A stretch of DNA of 52,982 bases from an uncultured Parabacteroides sp. (GCA_964481365.1 CAYZTO010000001.1:23369-76350), one strand, 5' to 3'. Counted from the stretch's first letter, positions 9,981 to 19,431 are shown. The notes: generated from the letters alone by a model not told the origin. Numbers and translations: made by a program.

Positions 9981-11000
9981 TTATGAGAATAATTTTATCT
10001 TCTTGAAAACACGATTCTTTCTATCAAGAGTGAAGAAATCTATAAGCAAAAGGAATAGCGCAATCCAAGCAAAAAACTGGAATTGTTCATCATATTCGGA
10101 ATAAACCTTACTCTCAAGTTCCGACTTATTCATCCTTTCTATTTCTGTTTGCAAAGATTTCAAGGCTGCATTCGTGTTGTCTGCATGTACGTACATACCA
10201 CCTCCTGCCGCCGCAATCTCCTGGCACATCTGTTCATTCATTTTTGTAATAACCACATTCCCGGAATTATCTTTCAGGAAATTATTCTTCTCGCCTATCG
10301 GAATTGGAGACCCTTTCGGATCACCCATACCTACGATATAAACATGGATTCCTTTCCCGGCAGCCGCTTTCGCAGCTCCGACAGCATCATCTTCATGATT
10401 CTCGCCATCTGTTATCAATATAATAGCCTTATCGGATGTTTCATCCGGAGTAAAAGAACGGGTTGCCAAATTGATGGCTGAACCAATAGCGGTACCTTGC
10501 GAAGAAACCATAGATGGATTTATCGACGAAAGAAACATCTTTGCAGAAATATAATCAGAAGTGATAGGCAATTGCGTAAAAGCATCACCTGCGAAAACTA
10601 TCAATCCTACTTTGTCATTGGTAAAACCATCCGTCAATCTTGACAGCATTTGCTTGGCTTTTTCCAAACGATTAGGTGAAACATCCTCTGCCAACATCGA
10701 GTTAGAAACATCAAGACAGACCATAATTTCTACTCCTTGGCGTTTAACTGTTTCTAATTTCGAGCCGAATTGTGGACCGCAAATTACAACAATCAACATC
10801 GCTATTGCACCGAACATCAATCCGAATTTCAAATGATGCCGTTTAGATGAAGCATCAGGCATCAACTCTGAAAGCAAGGATGGATTCCCATACCGGTTTA
10901 TTGCCTTCCTTCTCCATTTTCTCGCATAAATATAAAATATGAATAATGCAGGAAGGCATAAAAACATATATAAATATTCTGGATGTGCAAAACGAAACAT
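9981..11000 (-). CDS. batB: BatB, VWA domain membrane protein
   Basis: MIDAS DVSNS, VFAGDAF, ILITDGENHE. Confidence 0.93.
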   Translation of the reverse strand: MFRFAHPEYLYMFLCLPALFIFYIYARKWRRKAINRYGNPSLLSELMPDASSKRHHLKFGLMFGAIAMLIVVICGPQFGSKLETVKRQGVEIMVCLDVSNSMLAEDVSPNRLEKAKQMLSRLTDGFTNDKVGLIVFAGDAFTQLPITSDYISAKMFLSSINPSMVSSQGTAIGSAINLATRSFTPDETSDKAIILITDGENHEDDAVGAAKAAAGKGIHVYIVGMGDPKGSPIPIGEKNNFLKDNSGNVVITKMNEQMCQEIAAAGGGMYVHADNTNAALKSLQTEIERMNKSELESKVYSEYDEQFQFFAWIALFLLLIDFFTLDRKNRVFKKIKLFS

Positions 11001-11015
11001 ACTCCTTACTTTATA

Positions 11016-12002
11016 TTATGGGATACTTTTCAAAATGGTATTTCTCAATAAAAATTCCACCAACAAGAAAACAAATACAAGAAGTGCCAAGTTTTTATAT
11101 TCCTCCTGTTTCTTGCTAAACTCCTGCACGCTTATCTTTGTTTTTTCCATCTGGTCTATTTCTGAATATATTTCCTTTAAGCTCGTATTATCTACTGCCC
11201 GGAAATATTGTCCTCCTGTTGTAGCTGCTATTTGTTTCAACGAAGGTTCATCTATTTCAACGGGAATATTCTGGTATTGGATTCCAAATGCTGTCTGAAT
11301 TGGATAAGGAGCTTGACCCATCGTCCCTACACCAATCGTATATACACGGACTCCAAAACTTTTTGCTATTTCAGCTGCCGTAACCGGGGCTATTTCACCG
11401 GTATTATTCACGCCATCTGTCAGAAGTATTATTACTTTAGACTTTGCTTGACTGTCTTTGATACGACTCACAGCATTAGCCAAACCTAATCCGATAGCAG
11501 TACCATCCATGATAATTCCCGGTTGTATATCCTTAAAAAGATTCAGCAACACTGCATGGTCTATTGTCAAGGGGCATTGCGTGAAACTTTCGGCAGAAAA
11601 GACAACCAAACCTATGTTATCGTTCGGACGGCCGTTTATAAAAGACGATGCAACATCCTTGGATGCCTCTAAACGGTTAGGCTTTAAATCTTCTGCCAGC
11701 ATACTGGATGATATATCCATTGCAAGCATTATGTCTATACCTTCTGTAGATGAATTTTGCCAACTGTTTGTCGATTGAGGACGTGCCAAAACAACAATCA
11801 ACAAGGCAATAGCCACTACTCTCATCACAAAAGGGACATGGCGCAAGTAAACCTTCCACGATTTTGCTTCAGGCAATTCAAAAGCTTCCGAAGAAGAAAT
11901 TTGCAAACTTGCCTGACTTTTACTCAATTTATAGACATACCACCCTATCATAGGGATAAGTAAAAGCAATAAATACAAATATGTCGGATTTGCAAATACC
12001 AT
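11016..12002 (-). CDS. batA: BatA, VWA domain membrane protein
   Basis: LARPQ, MIDAS DISSS, GTAIG, LLTDGVNN. Confidence 0.94.
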   Translation of the reverse strand: MVFANPTYLYLLLLLIPMIGWYVYKLSKSQASLQISSSEAFELPEAKSWKVYLRHVPFVMRVVAIALLIVVLARPQSTNSWQNSSTEGIDIMLAMDISSSMLAEDLKPNRLEASKDVASSFINGRPNDNIGLVVFSAESFTQCPLTIDHAVLLNLFKDIQPGIIMDGTAIGLGLANAVSRIKDSQAKSKVIILLTDGVNNTGEIAPVTAAEIAKSFGVRVYTIGVGTMGQAPYPIQTAFGIQYQNIPVEIDEPSLKQIAATTGGQYFRAVDNTSLKEIYSEIDQMEKTKISVQEFSKKQEEYKNLALLVFVFLLVEFLLRNTILKSIP

Positions 12003-12005
12003 CTT

Positions 12006-13043
12006 TTATTCTTTCTTTATTTTAGGCTCATTCATGTTATCTGTTTGTTGAACAGCTTCGTTTTCATCTGTTTTTTTATCCTGAACCGGAATCTCTACCG
12101 GCTTGGTTTGGTTTACAAAGAAATAAGCATTCATCAAACTTAAATTGTTTTCATCCGGGAGTGGGCGGAACTTTGCAAATTTGACAAAATCAGCCAATTT
12201 AAGTATTTGTTCCAGCCTGTCATAAGCCGGAGCTATATCTTCGATTGGACGCACGGCATCCAAAATCTCTGCAGATGTTTTTTCCATCGCGCTTACACCA
12301 AACCGGCCTCCCAGATATTTGCGCAAAGTATCAGTTATGGACGTATAGTACTCTTTATCTTTACCTTGTTGCCAGAGTTTTGCCAGCTTTATTTCGTCCA
12401 ATTCTTTTATAGCCTGTTCATATGGCGGCAATTCAACTTTCTCTTCGTGGGCAAAAGGAAGCAATGACTTGCGCTTCACTATCCGCCTGTAAACATAATA
12501 AGCAACTGCCATCAATAGAAATACGACCAAAATTCCAATCAGCCAAGGATAATAATCCGCCAATACAAATGGAGGTTTCCATACGCCTTTTATATCCGCA
12601 AACACATCCGGATTATCAACATCGACTGGTATGGTCGAAACTTTTAAAGCAACCTGATTTGAAAGGATTGTATCTCTACCGTCAATCACCTGGATAGGTG
12701 GTAACAAGTAAAGACATGAATCGAAAGACGTTATTAAAACATCTTGCCTTATCAGCATACGGTTATTCTCTATCATTGACGTGTCTTGCTTTGAATAAGA
12801 AAGCACTTCCACGCCCCGCATCAATGTATCTTGTGGCAGCAGTAGCTGGACTTTCTTGTCTTTGTCTGTTGTCAGCACAAGATGCAGCTTCGTCTGCTCC
12901 CCAATCAGTATTGCCGCCGAATCAATCGACACGTCAATAAGGGTTTGCTGTGCTTTCACTTGCACACCCAACGAGCAACAGGCAATAATAAAAATAGAGA
13001 ATAATATATCCCTTACATTATTCATGCTAATTCCGTTTATCAA
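12006..13043 (-). CDS. Conserved bat-operon membrane protein
   Basis: Signal-like N-terminus, DSAAILIGEQ, single TM, ADFVKFAK. Lies between DUF58 and batA. The start may be 13025. Confidence 0.8.
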   Translation of the reverse strand: MINGISMNNVRDILFSIFIIACCSLGVQVKAQQTLIDVSIDSAAILIGEQTKLHLVLTTDKDKKVQLLLPQDTLMRGVEVLSYSKQDTSMIENNRMLIRQDVLITSFDSCLYLLPPIQVIDGRDTILSNQVALKVSTIPVDVDNPDVFADIKGVWKPPFVLADYYPWLIGILVVFLLMAVAYYVYRRIVKRKSLLPFAHEEKVELPPYEQAIKELDEIKLAKLWQQGKDKEYYTSITDTLRKYLGGRFGVSAMEKTSAEILDAVRPIEDIAPAYDRLEQILKLADFVKFAKFRPLPDENNLSLMNAYFFVNQTKPVEIPVQDKKTDENEAVQQTDNMNEPKIKKE

Positions 13044-13896
13044 ATAAAGTCATCAAAGCTTTCACATAATCATCTTCCGTTCGGATAGAAACAGAATCGA
13101 CTTGGCACTTATTGAATGTATCATCCATCTCTGATTGACGTTTTATCCACCAATTACGATATGCTTCGCGCACACGCATCGATGAACTATCCACCCATCG
13201 CTCATATCCTGTTTCTGCATCTTTTACCTTCATCAAGCCAACCGGAGGAAGTTCCGTTTCACGCTGGTCGTAAACTTGGATAGCGACCATATCATGCTTC
13301 CGGTTCGCAATAGTCAGGGCATCTTTGAATCCTCCCTTATTGATAAAGTCCGATATTAGAAATGCCGTGCAGCGTTTTTTGATGGCATTGGTCATATATT
13401 TCAAAACCATTGCAATATCAGTCCGTTTATCTTCAGGATTAAAATCTATCAATTCCCGGATTATATACAATATATGTTTTCTTCCTTTCTGAGGCGGTAT
13501 GAATTTCTCCACCTTATCAGAAAAGAAAATGACACCGATTTTGTCGTTGTTCTGAATTGCCGAAAATGCCAATGTCGCTGCTATCTCGGTGATGATTTCT
13601 TTCTTCATCACGTTGGCAGTACCAAAATCACGGCTGCCAGATACGTCGATGAGCAACATCACTGTGAGTTCACGCTCTTCTTCAAACACTTTTACATAGG
13701 GGCGAACGTAGCGAGCCGTGACATTCCAGTCTATGTCCCGTATATCATCACCATACTGGTATTCACGGACTTCACTGAATGCCATTCCTCTTCCTTTGAA
13801 AGCCGAATGGTATTGCCCTGCAAAAATATTGCGGGATAACCCACGGGTTTTTATTTCTATCCGGCGTACTTTCTTTAATAGTTCGCTCGCTTCCAT
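13027..13896 (-). CDS. DUF58 domain protein (MoxR-associated)
   Basis: FKGRGMAFSEVREYQYGDDIRDIDWNVTAR, DVSGS, FLISDF. Confidence 0.93.
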   Translation of the reverse strand: MEASELLKKVRRIEIKTRGLSRNIFAGQYHSAFKGRGMAFSEVREYQYGDDIRDIDWNVTARYVRPYVKVFEEERELTVMLLIDVSGSRDFGTANVMKKEIITEIAATLAFSAIQNNDKIGVIFFSDKVEKFIPPQKGRKHILYIIRELIDFNPEDKRTDIAMVLKYMTNAIKKRCTAFLISDFINKGGFKDALTIANRKHDMVAIQVYDQRETELPPVGLMKVKDAETGYERWVDSSSMRVREAYRNWWIKRQSEMDDTFNKCQVDSVSIRTEDDYVKALMTLFDKRN

Positions 13897-13900
13897 TTGC

Positions 13901-14896
13901 TTAAGGAACTTCTACTTTATTCAATATTTCGCTGATTACCTCTTCCGTAGTCAGGTTATTGGCTTCAGCCTCGTAACTTAACCCGATGCGGTGCCGCAGG
14001 ACATCGTGGCAGACTGCCCTTATGTCTTCCGGTATTACGAAACCTCTCCTTTTTATGAAAGCATAAGCCCTTGCAGCCAACGCCAAGTTAATTGACGCGC
14101 GGGGAGAGCATCCGAACGAAATCATGTTAGCCAAATTAGGCAATCCATGCTCCTGCGGGAAACGGGTGGAGAAAACTATGTCCACAATATAGCGTTCTAT
14201 CTTCTCGTCGAGATAAACCTCGCGTACAATTTTCCGTGCTTCCAGAATGTCTTCTTTTGTGAGGATTGGTTTTATGTCGGCTTTCTCGCCCGAAATATTT
14301 TGCCGGATTATCAACTTCTCCTCTTCCTTCTTCGGGTAAGAAATTATGACTTTCAACATGAAACGGTCCACCTGAGCCTCAGGAAGCGGGTAGGTTCCCT
14401 CCTGCTCTATCGGGTTTTGGGTTGCCATCACGAGGAAAGGCTGCGGCAATTTGTAAGTACTCTCGCTTATCGTCACCTGACGCTCTTGCATGGCTTCCAG
14501 CAAGGCACTTTGAACCTTTGCGGGGGCACGGTTTATTTCATCTGCCAATACAAAATTAGCGAAGATTGGTCCTTGTTTCACCTGGAACTCTTCGCTCTTC
14601 TGGCTATATATCATCGTACCGATAACGTCGGCAGGTAACAAATCCGGCGTGAACTGGATACGGCTGTATTTCGCATCTATCAAAGATGCCAATGTTTTTA
14701 TTGCCAACGTTTTTGCCAAACCCGGCACACCTTCCAGCAGGATATGCCCGTCTGAAAGCAAACCTATCAGTAATGATTCCACCAAATGCTTCTGACCCAC
14801 AATTACCTTGTCCATACCCATCGTAAGCATGGTCACGAATGAGCTTTTGCTTTCAATACGTTCGTTCAATTCTCGAATATCTATAGTCTGACTCAT
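13901..14896 (-). CDS. moxR: MoxR family AAA+ ATPase
   Basis: EGVPGLAKT, RIQFTPDLLPAD, LADEINRAPAKVQSALLEAM, TQNPIEQEGTYPLPEAQVDRF. Confidence 0.96.
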   Translation of the reverse strand: MSQTIDIRELNERIESKSSFVTMLTMGMDKVIVGQKHLVESLLIGLLSDGHILLEGVPGLAKTLAIKTLASLIDAKYSRIQFTPDLLPADVIGTMIYSQKSEEFQVKQGPIFANFVLADEINRAPAKVQSALLEAMQERQVTISESTYKLPQPFLVMATQNPIEQEGTYPLPEAQVDRFMLKVIISYPKKEEEKLIIRQNISGEKADIKPILTKEDILEARKIVREVYLDEKIERYIVDIVFSTRFPQEHGLPNLANMISFGCSPRASINLALAARAYAFIKRRGFVIPEDIRAVCHDVLRHRIGLSYEAEANNLTTEEVISEILNKVEVP

Positions 14897-14937
14897 AGCA
14901 ATTTATGTTTTTGTCTCACTTGTTTTTTCTTTTCGCG

Positions 14938-14945
14938 CAAAATTA
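14938..14945 (-). promoter_or_regulatory. -7 element TAATTTTG for the moxR-bat operon
   Basis: TAnnTTTG about 40 nt upstream of the moxR ATG. Confidence 0.6.
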
Positions 14946-15157
14946 GATATGTTAAATCCTTCTCTTTTTACTTTCGCAGTTAAATAAACATAACTCCCGC
15001 AGACCTTTCCTTTATCTTATCCTAAAATGATGGCTACTCCCAATCTTTTTGCATTTGCCTGCATTTGGAAAAACGGCGGGCGACCAAAACCAGCGGTTTC
15101 CAGCAAAGGGAATGGTGCTTATAAAGATATTTTTAAGGTTTTATGGGCGGAAATGAC

Positions 15158-15449
15158 CATTCATCGCGATGAATCACAGTTTTCACGGATGCGGGAAGTC
15201 ATCCATCGCAATGGATGACAGCTTTCATGGGCGCGAGTGTTAATTAATGCGCATTTATGGTGTTTTCTGTTGCGAAAATAGTCATTCATCGTGATGGATG
15301 AGTGTTTTCAGGGCTGCAAGTACTAATAAATGCGCATTGATGATATTTTTCAGTCATGAAAGTTTTCATCTATCGGAATGAATGAGTGTTTTCAGCCGTG
15401 GGAACTGTCTCCCATCGCAATGGATGGCTTTTTGCGGAAATGAAAACAC
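15158..15449. repeat. Degenerate tandem array of 7 x ~42 bp palindromic units (21-bp monomer in alternating orientation)
   Basis: Units start at 15158, 15200, 15242, 15283, 15325, 15367 and 15409. Each is an 18-bp dyad (CATYCATCGCRATGRATG, or an AATGCGCATT variant), then an AGTGTTTTCA-like block, then 13-14 more variable nt. Confidence 0.9.
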
Positions 15450-15491
15450 ACGCCTTTTGTGATATATGGATATTTGCGGTCGTGAAAATTG

Positions 15492-16793
15492 TCATTTTTC
15501 CAGCTTTCCATATAGTTCAAATGGCAAAGACCCTGTTATTTTCACATTGTAGAACTCTCCCGTCTTTGGGATTACTGATTCTTTCCCGATGAGGACTTCC
15601 GGGTCTACTTCAGGCGAATCGAATTCCGTCCGCCCAACGTAAAAATCATTCTCTTCCCTATCAACCATTACCTTGAAAGTCTTGCCGACTTTCGCGTCGT
15701 TTATTTCGGCAGAAATTTTTTCCTGTACGCGCATCAAATATTCCAAGCGTTCCGATTTTACATCGTCCGGGATGTTGTCTTCATAATTAATATAGGAATA
15801 CGTCCCGCTTTCGTGGCTGTATGCAAACGCCCCCATCCGCTCGAACCTTGCTTTGCGGACGAAAGCTACCAATTCTTCAAAATCCTCATCATTTTCACCC
15901 GGATGGCCTACCATCAATGTGGTGCGGAGATGGATTCCCGGCACTTCACTGCGTATCTTTTCGAGCAACCCGTAAGTCTGCTCCTTCGTTATGTTCCTCC
16001 GCATCAATTTCAGCATCTTGTCGCTGATGTGTTGCAACGCTATGTCCAAATATTTGCAGACATTGTCGCGTTCGCGCATCACAGTGAGCAATTCTTCGGG
16101 GAAATGTGTGGGATAACCATAGTGGAGGCGTATCCATTCCACACCTTGTATATCTGAAAGACGTTTCACCAAGTCCGGCAACATCAATTTTTTGTATAAA
16201 TCCATTCCGTAGTAGGTCAGGTCTTGCGCTATGACCTGGAATTCCTTCACTCCCTGCTTCACGAGCGAACGCACCTCACGTTCCAGCTCTTCCATAGGGC
16301 GGGATTGGTATGCTCCGGTAATAATAGGTATGGAACAATAGGAACATGTGCGGTTGCACCCTTCCGCAATTTTCAAATATGCGTAATGGCGGGGGGTTGT
16401 CAGAATCCTTTCGTGCGAAAGTTCCGCATGGTAAGGTTTTCCCAGGTCTGAAATCAGTTCTTTCCAGTTAAACTTGCCATAAAACTTGTCCACTTCCGGG
16501 AGTTCTTCCATCAAGTCGTTCATAAACCGCTCTGAAAGGCAACCCATCACGAAAAGTTTGCCAATCTGCCCGCGCTTCTTCGCTTCGCCCAATTCCAGAA
16601 TCATATTTATGGATTCTTCCTGTGCATCGCCTATGAAGCCGCAGGTATTTACCACCACCACTTCCCCATTTATTTTGTGCGGGTCGTGTTCTACCTTATA
16701 ACCATTTGCAACGAATTGCTTCATCAATTGTTCTGAATCCACCAGATTCTTCGAACATCCCAGAGTGATGATATCTACTTTGTTTTTACGCAT
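15492..16793 (-). CDS. rimO: Ribosomal protein S12 methylthiotransferase
   Basis: LGCSKNLVDSE, VNTCGFI, radical SAM motif GCNRTCSYC, C-terminal DSPEVD. Confidence 0.96.
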   Translation of the reverse strand: MRKNKVDIITLGCSKNLVDSEQLMKQFVANGYKVEHDPHKINGEVVVVNTCGFIGDAQEESINMILELGEAKKRGQIGKLFVMGCLSERFMNDLMEELPEVDKFYGKFNWKELISDLGKPYHAELSHERILTTPRHYAYLKIAEGCNRTCSYCSIPIITGAYQSRPMEELEREVRSLVKQGVKEFQVIAQDLTYYGMDLYKKLMLPDLVKRLSDIQGVEWIRLHYGYPTHFPEELLTVMRERDNVCKYLDIALQHISDKMLKLMRRNITKEQTYGLLEKIRSEVPGIHLRTTLMVGHPGENDEDFEELVAFVRKARFERMGAFAYSHESGTYSYINYEDNIPDDVKSERLEYLMRVQEKISAEINDAKVGKTFKVMVDREENDFYVGRTEFDSPEVDPEVLIGKESVIPKTGEFYNVKITGSLPFELYGKLEK

Positions 16794-16879
16794 GCTTTAA
16801 ATGAAACTTTCCATAAATATGCCTTGCGGGAACTCTCTCCTGCCTGGATTTCCGGTATTCCGCAAAACATATTCCAAAA

Positions 16880-17833
16880 TCATTCCCCGAACAACGAATT
16901 AACGAACTCACGTTTCCGGAATACCTGCAAATCTTCTATGCCTTCACCCAGACCAATATACTTTACCGGAATGTGGAATTGGTCGGAAATTCCTATCACA
17001 ACACCGCCCTTTGCAGTGCCGTCGAGTTTTGTTACCGCCAAAGCATTCACTTCGGTGGCTGCGGTGAATTGTTTCGCCTGTTCAAATGCATTTTGTCCCG
17101 TAGAGCCGTCCAGTACCAGCAAAATTTCATTAGGAGCATCAGGCACAACCTTTTTCATCACATTTTTAATCTTCGTCAATTCGTTCATGAGGTTGATTTT
17201 ATTGTGCAGGCGCCCTGCCGTATCTATAATTACGACATCTGCACCGTTTGCTTTCGCCGAACTTAATGTATCGAACGCTACTGACGCCGGGTCAGACCCC
17301 ATCTTTTGCTTAACGATGGGAACTCCCACCCGCTCACTCCAAATGACCAGCTGCTCGACGGCAGCTGCCCGGAATGTATCCGCAGCCCCAAGGTACACGC
17401 TCTTTCCTATTTTCTTGAATTGATAAGCTAATTTCCCGATGGTTGTAGTTTTCCCCACGCCGTTCACACCCACAACCATGATGACATACGGTTTCTTGTC
17501 TTCGGGCAATGAAAACCCGTCGCCGTCCTCAGTGTTGTTCTCTGTAAGCAAACTGGCAATCTCATCTCGAAGGATTGCAGTCAATTCAGACGTTGTAACA
17601 TACTTGTCGCGCGCCACTCGCTTTTCTATCCGGTCTATTATTTTCAGAGTTGTTTCCACTCCCACATCCGAAGTTATCAAGACTTCTTCCAGATTGTCAA
17701 GTACCTCATCGTCCACCTTGCTTTTTCCGGCTATGGCACGTGTTATTTTGGAAAATACATTTGCTTTGGTTTTAGACAGACCCTTGTCCAAGTTGTCCTT
17801 CTTGTCTTTGCTGAAAAAACTAAAAATGCCCAT
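16880..17833 (-). CDS. ftsY: Signal recognition particle docking protein FtsY
   Basis: GVNGVGKTT, DTFRAAA, DTAGRL, TKLDGTAKGG. Start moved to MGIFSFF (17833), with TACTTTTG at 17913-17906. Confidence 0.96.
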   Translation of the reverse strand: MGIFSFFSKDKKDNLDKGLSKTKANVFSKITRAIAGKSKVDDEVLDNLEEVLITSDVGVETTLKIIDRIEKRVARDKYVTTSELTAILRDEIASLLTENNTEDGDGFSLPEDKKPYVIMVVGVNGVGKTTTIGKLAYQFKKIGKSVYLGAADTFRAAAVEQLVIWSERVGVPIVKQKMGSDPASVAFDTLSSAKANGADVVIIDTAGRLHNKINLMNELTKIKNVMKKVVPDAPNEILLVLDGSTGQNAFEQAKQFTAATEVNALAVTKLDGTAKGGVVIGISDQFHIPVKYIGLGEGIEDLQVFRKREFVNSLFGE

Positions 17834-18010
17834 GTTTATTCTTTTTGCGTTATAATCACCACATTGTTCATTTAAACGGAATATGCTTTCCACCGTATAT
17901 CCTGGCAAAAGTAGCATTTATTTTCAGACGGAATGACATCCGCTTTGCAATTTATCTGTATGAATCCTATCGGCAGGACGGCTTTTTCAAAGAAACACCG
18001 TATAAGTTTA

Positions 18011-18073
18011 AGAGCCTGCCTGAAACCGGGACAGAACATTGGTGTGTTCTCATCCATTTTTCAGACAGGCTCT
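18011..18073. repeat. 63-bp element with 15-bp terminal inverted repeats (MITE/REP-like hairpin)
   Basis: AGAGCCTGCCTGAAA (18011-18025) and TTTCAGACAGGCTCT (18059-18073) match at 14/15. Inner dyad AGAACA-N6-TGTTCT. Confidence 0.7.
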
Positions 18074-18106
18074 CGATTAAGCAGTAAAAGAATACTGCGT
18101 CTTACA

Positions 18107-18550
18107 CTATAATGAATTTTGCAAAGACGACAACAAAGCATTGCGCTGTTCGGGAGATAATTTTGCAATCATCTTCTTTACGTCATGCAATGCCTTTTCG
18201 CGTTCAACTTCTTCAGCCCTATCGCGTTCTATCTGCAAACGAGCAATCTGGTCTTGCAATGTTTTAATGGCATTGTCTATTTCCTCAACTCTGTTTGAAG
18301 GATTCTTCATCACACGCCTTTTCATGTTAGCTTTCCTTTCATCAATTGCATCACGAATAGGCTTGTAATATGCTCCGAAAGCTTCATTGAAAGATTCATC
18401 GTTCAATCTTTCTTTAAACATTTCGTAAGCCCGTGCCCTATCGTAAGTTACGACAGATTTCATTTCATCATCACCTATTGTTTCAATAGCTTTCAATTTG
18501 TTTTCATCGTTCCAACGGACAAAAACGGTTCTAAATTTTTTCCTAATCAT
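18107..18550 (-). CDS. Hypothetical coiled-coil protein
   Basis: 147-aa charged helical ORF with its own TACCTTTG box at 18600-18593. No family recognised. Confidence 0.75.
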   Translation of the reverse strand: MIRKKFRTVFVRWNDENKLKAIETIGDDEMKSVVTYDRARAYEMFKERLNDESFNEAFGAYYKPIRDAIDERKANMKRRVMKNPSNRVEEIDNAIKTLQDQIARLQIERDRAEEVEREKALHDVKKMIAKLSPEQRNALLSSLQNSL

Positions 18551-18931
18551 AGTTATTCCCTATTTCAAGATTATCTTTATATATTTTACTCGCAAAGGTA
18601 TACATTTTTATTTCTTTCCGCGCAAAAATAATACTGATATTTATTCTTTATTAATGCTGACGTTATATTTTCTGCCATTTATGTTTATTATGTAATTGTA
18701 CTTGACAATAATATTGTCGGTATTCAATATTCCGAAAGAAAAAGAGAAGGAAATCACACACGTATAAATTTCCTTTTACGGCTTTTCCAAACAAGCACGA
18801 CTGCATAATGAATGCTTTTTGCCAATGCCGGAAAGACGAATAAATACAGATTCCAATTGACTGGCAAGATTATTTTTTGCTTCTTTGCAGGGAATAGTTT
18901 GATTTGTATTCAAAACAATAAACATTGAAGG

Positions 18932-19411
18932 ATGAAAGCAAAAATCAACAAGACAAACGTGGCACGCCTCCTGGATAAGGCAAAAGTCCCGTATGAATTA
19001 GTAGTTTACGAAGTGGATGAAAACGACCTCAGTGCGACACATGTGGCTCAGCAACTCGGAGAAAACATCGAGCAAGTTTTTAAGACACTTGTCCTGCATG
19101 GTGATAAAAACGGCTACTTTGTTTGCGTAGTCCCAGGTTCTGAAGAAGTGGACTTGAAAAAAGCCGCGAAGATTTCCGGCAATAAAAATTGCCAGATGAT
19201 TCATGTGAAAGAACTCCTGCCGCTCACAGGATACATTCGCGGAGGCTGCTCACCAATCGGGATGAAGAAACATTTCCCTACATTTGTCCACCAGTCAGCA
19301 GAAAAGTTTGATTACATCTTCGTAAGTGCCGGAGTGCGTGGTTTGCAGGTAAAACTCTCTCCCAAAGACCTGATACGCGAAACTGGCGCAACATTGTGCG
19401 AACTTTTTTAA
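18932..19411 (+). CDS. ybaK: Cys-tRNA(Pro) deacylase
   Basis: KTNVARLLD, VFKTLV, TGYIRGGCSPIGMKK, VSAGVRG. Confidence 0.94.
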   Translation: MKAKINKTNVARLLDKAKVPYELVVYEVDENDLSATHVAQQLGENIEQVFKTLVLHGDKNGYFVCVVPGSEEVDLKKAAKISGNKNCQMIHVKELLPLTGYIRGGCSPIGMKKHFPTFVHQSAEKFDYIFVSAGVRGLQVKLSPKDLIRETGATLCELF

Positions 19412-19431
19412 GCGCGGCACACAGTCGCAAT

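Noticed and set aside
5872-14896. MoxR-VWA-TPR cluster as a novel defence or secretion system
   Set aside because: It is the already described Bacteroides aerotolerance (bat) operon in its usual order.
15158-15449. CRISPR array
   Set aside because: The repeats are too degenerate, the 13-14 nt variable parts are too short and form half of a second dyad, and there are no cas genes in the window.
15027-15592. Small ORFs 15027-15218 and 15386-15592
   Set aside because: They are chance frames across the repeat array and the rimO 3' end, with no recognisable protein features.
16815-16873. Imperfect inverted repeat between ftsY and rimO
   Set aside because: It is a single loose hairpin with no U-tract or other copies in the window, so it is not enough to call.
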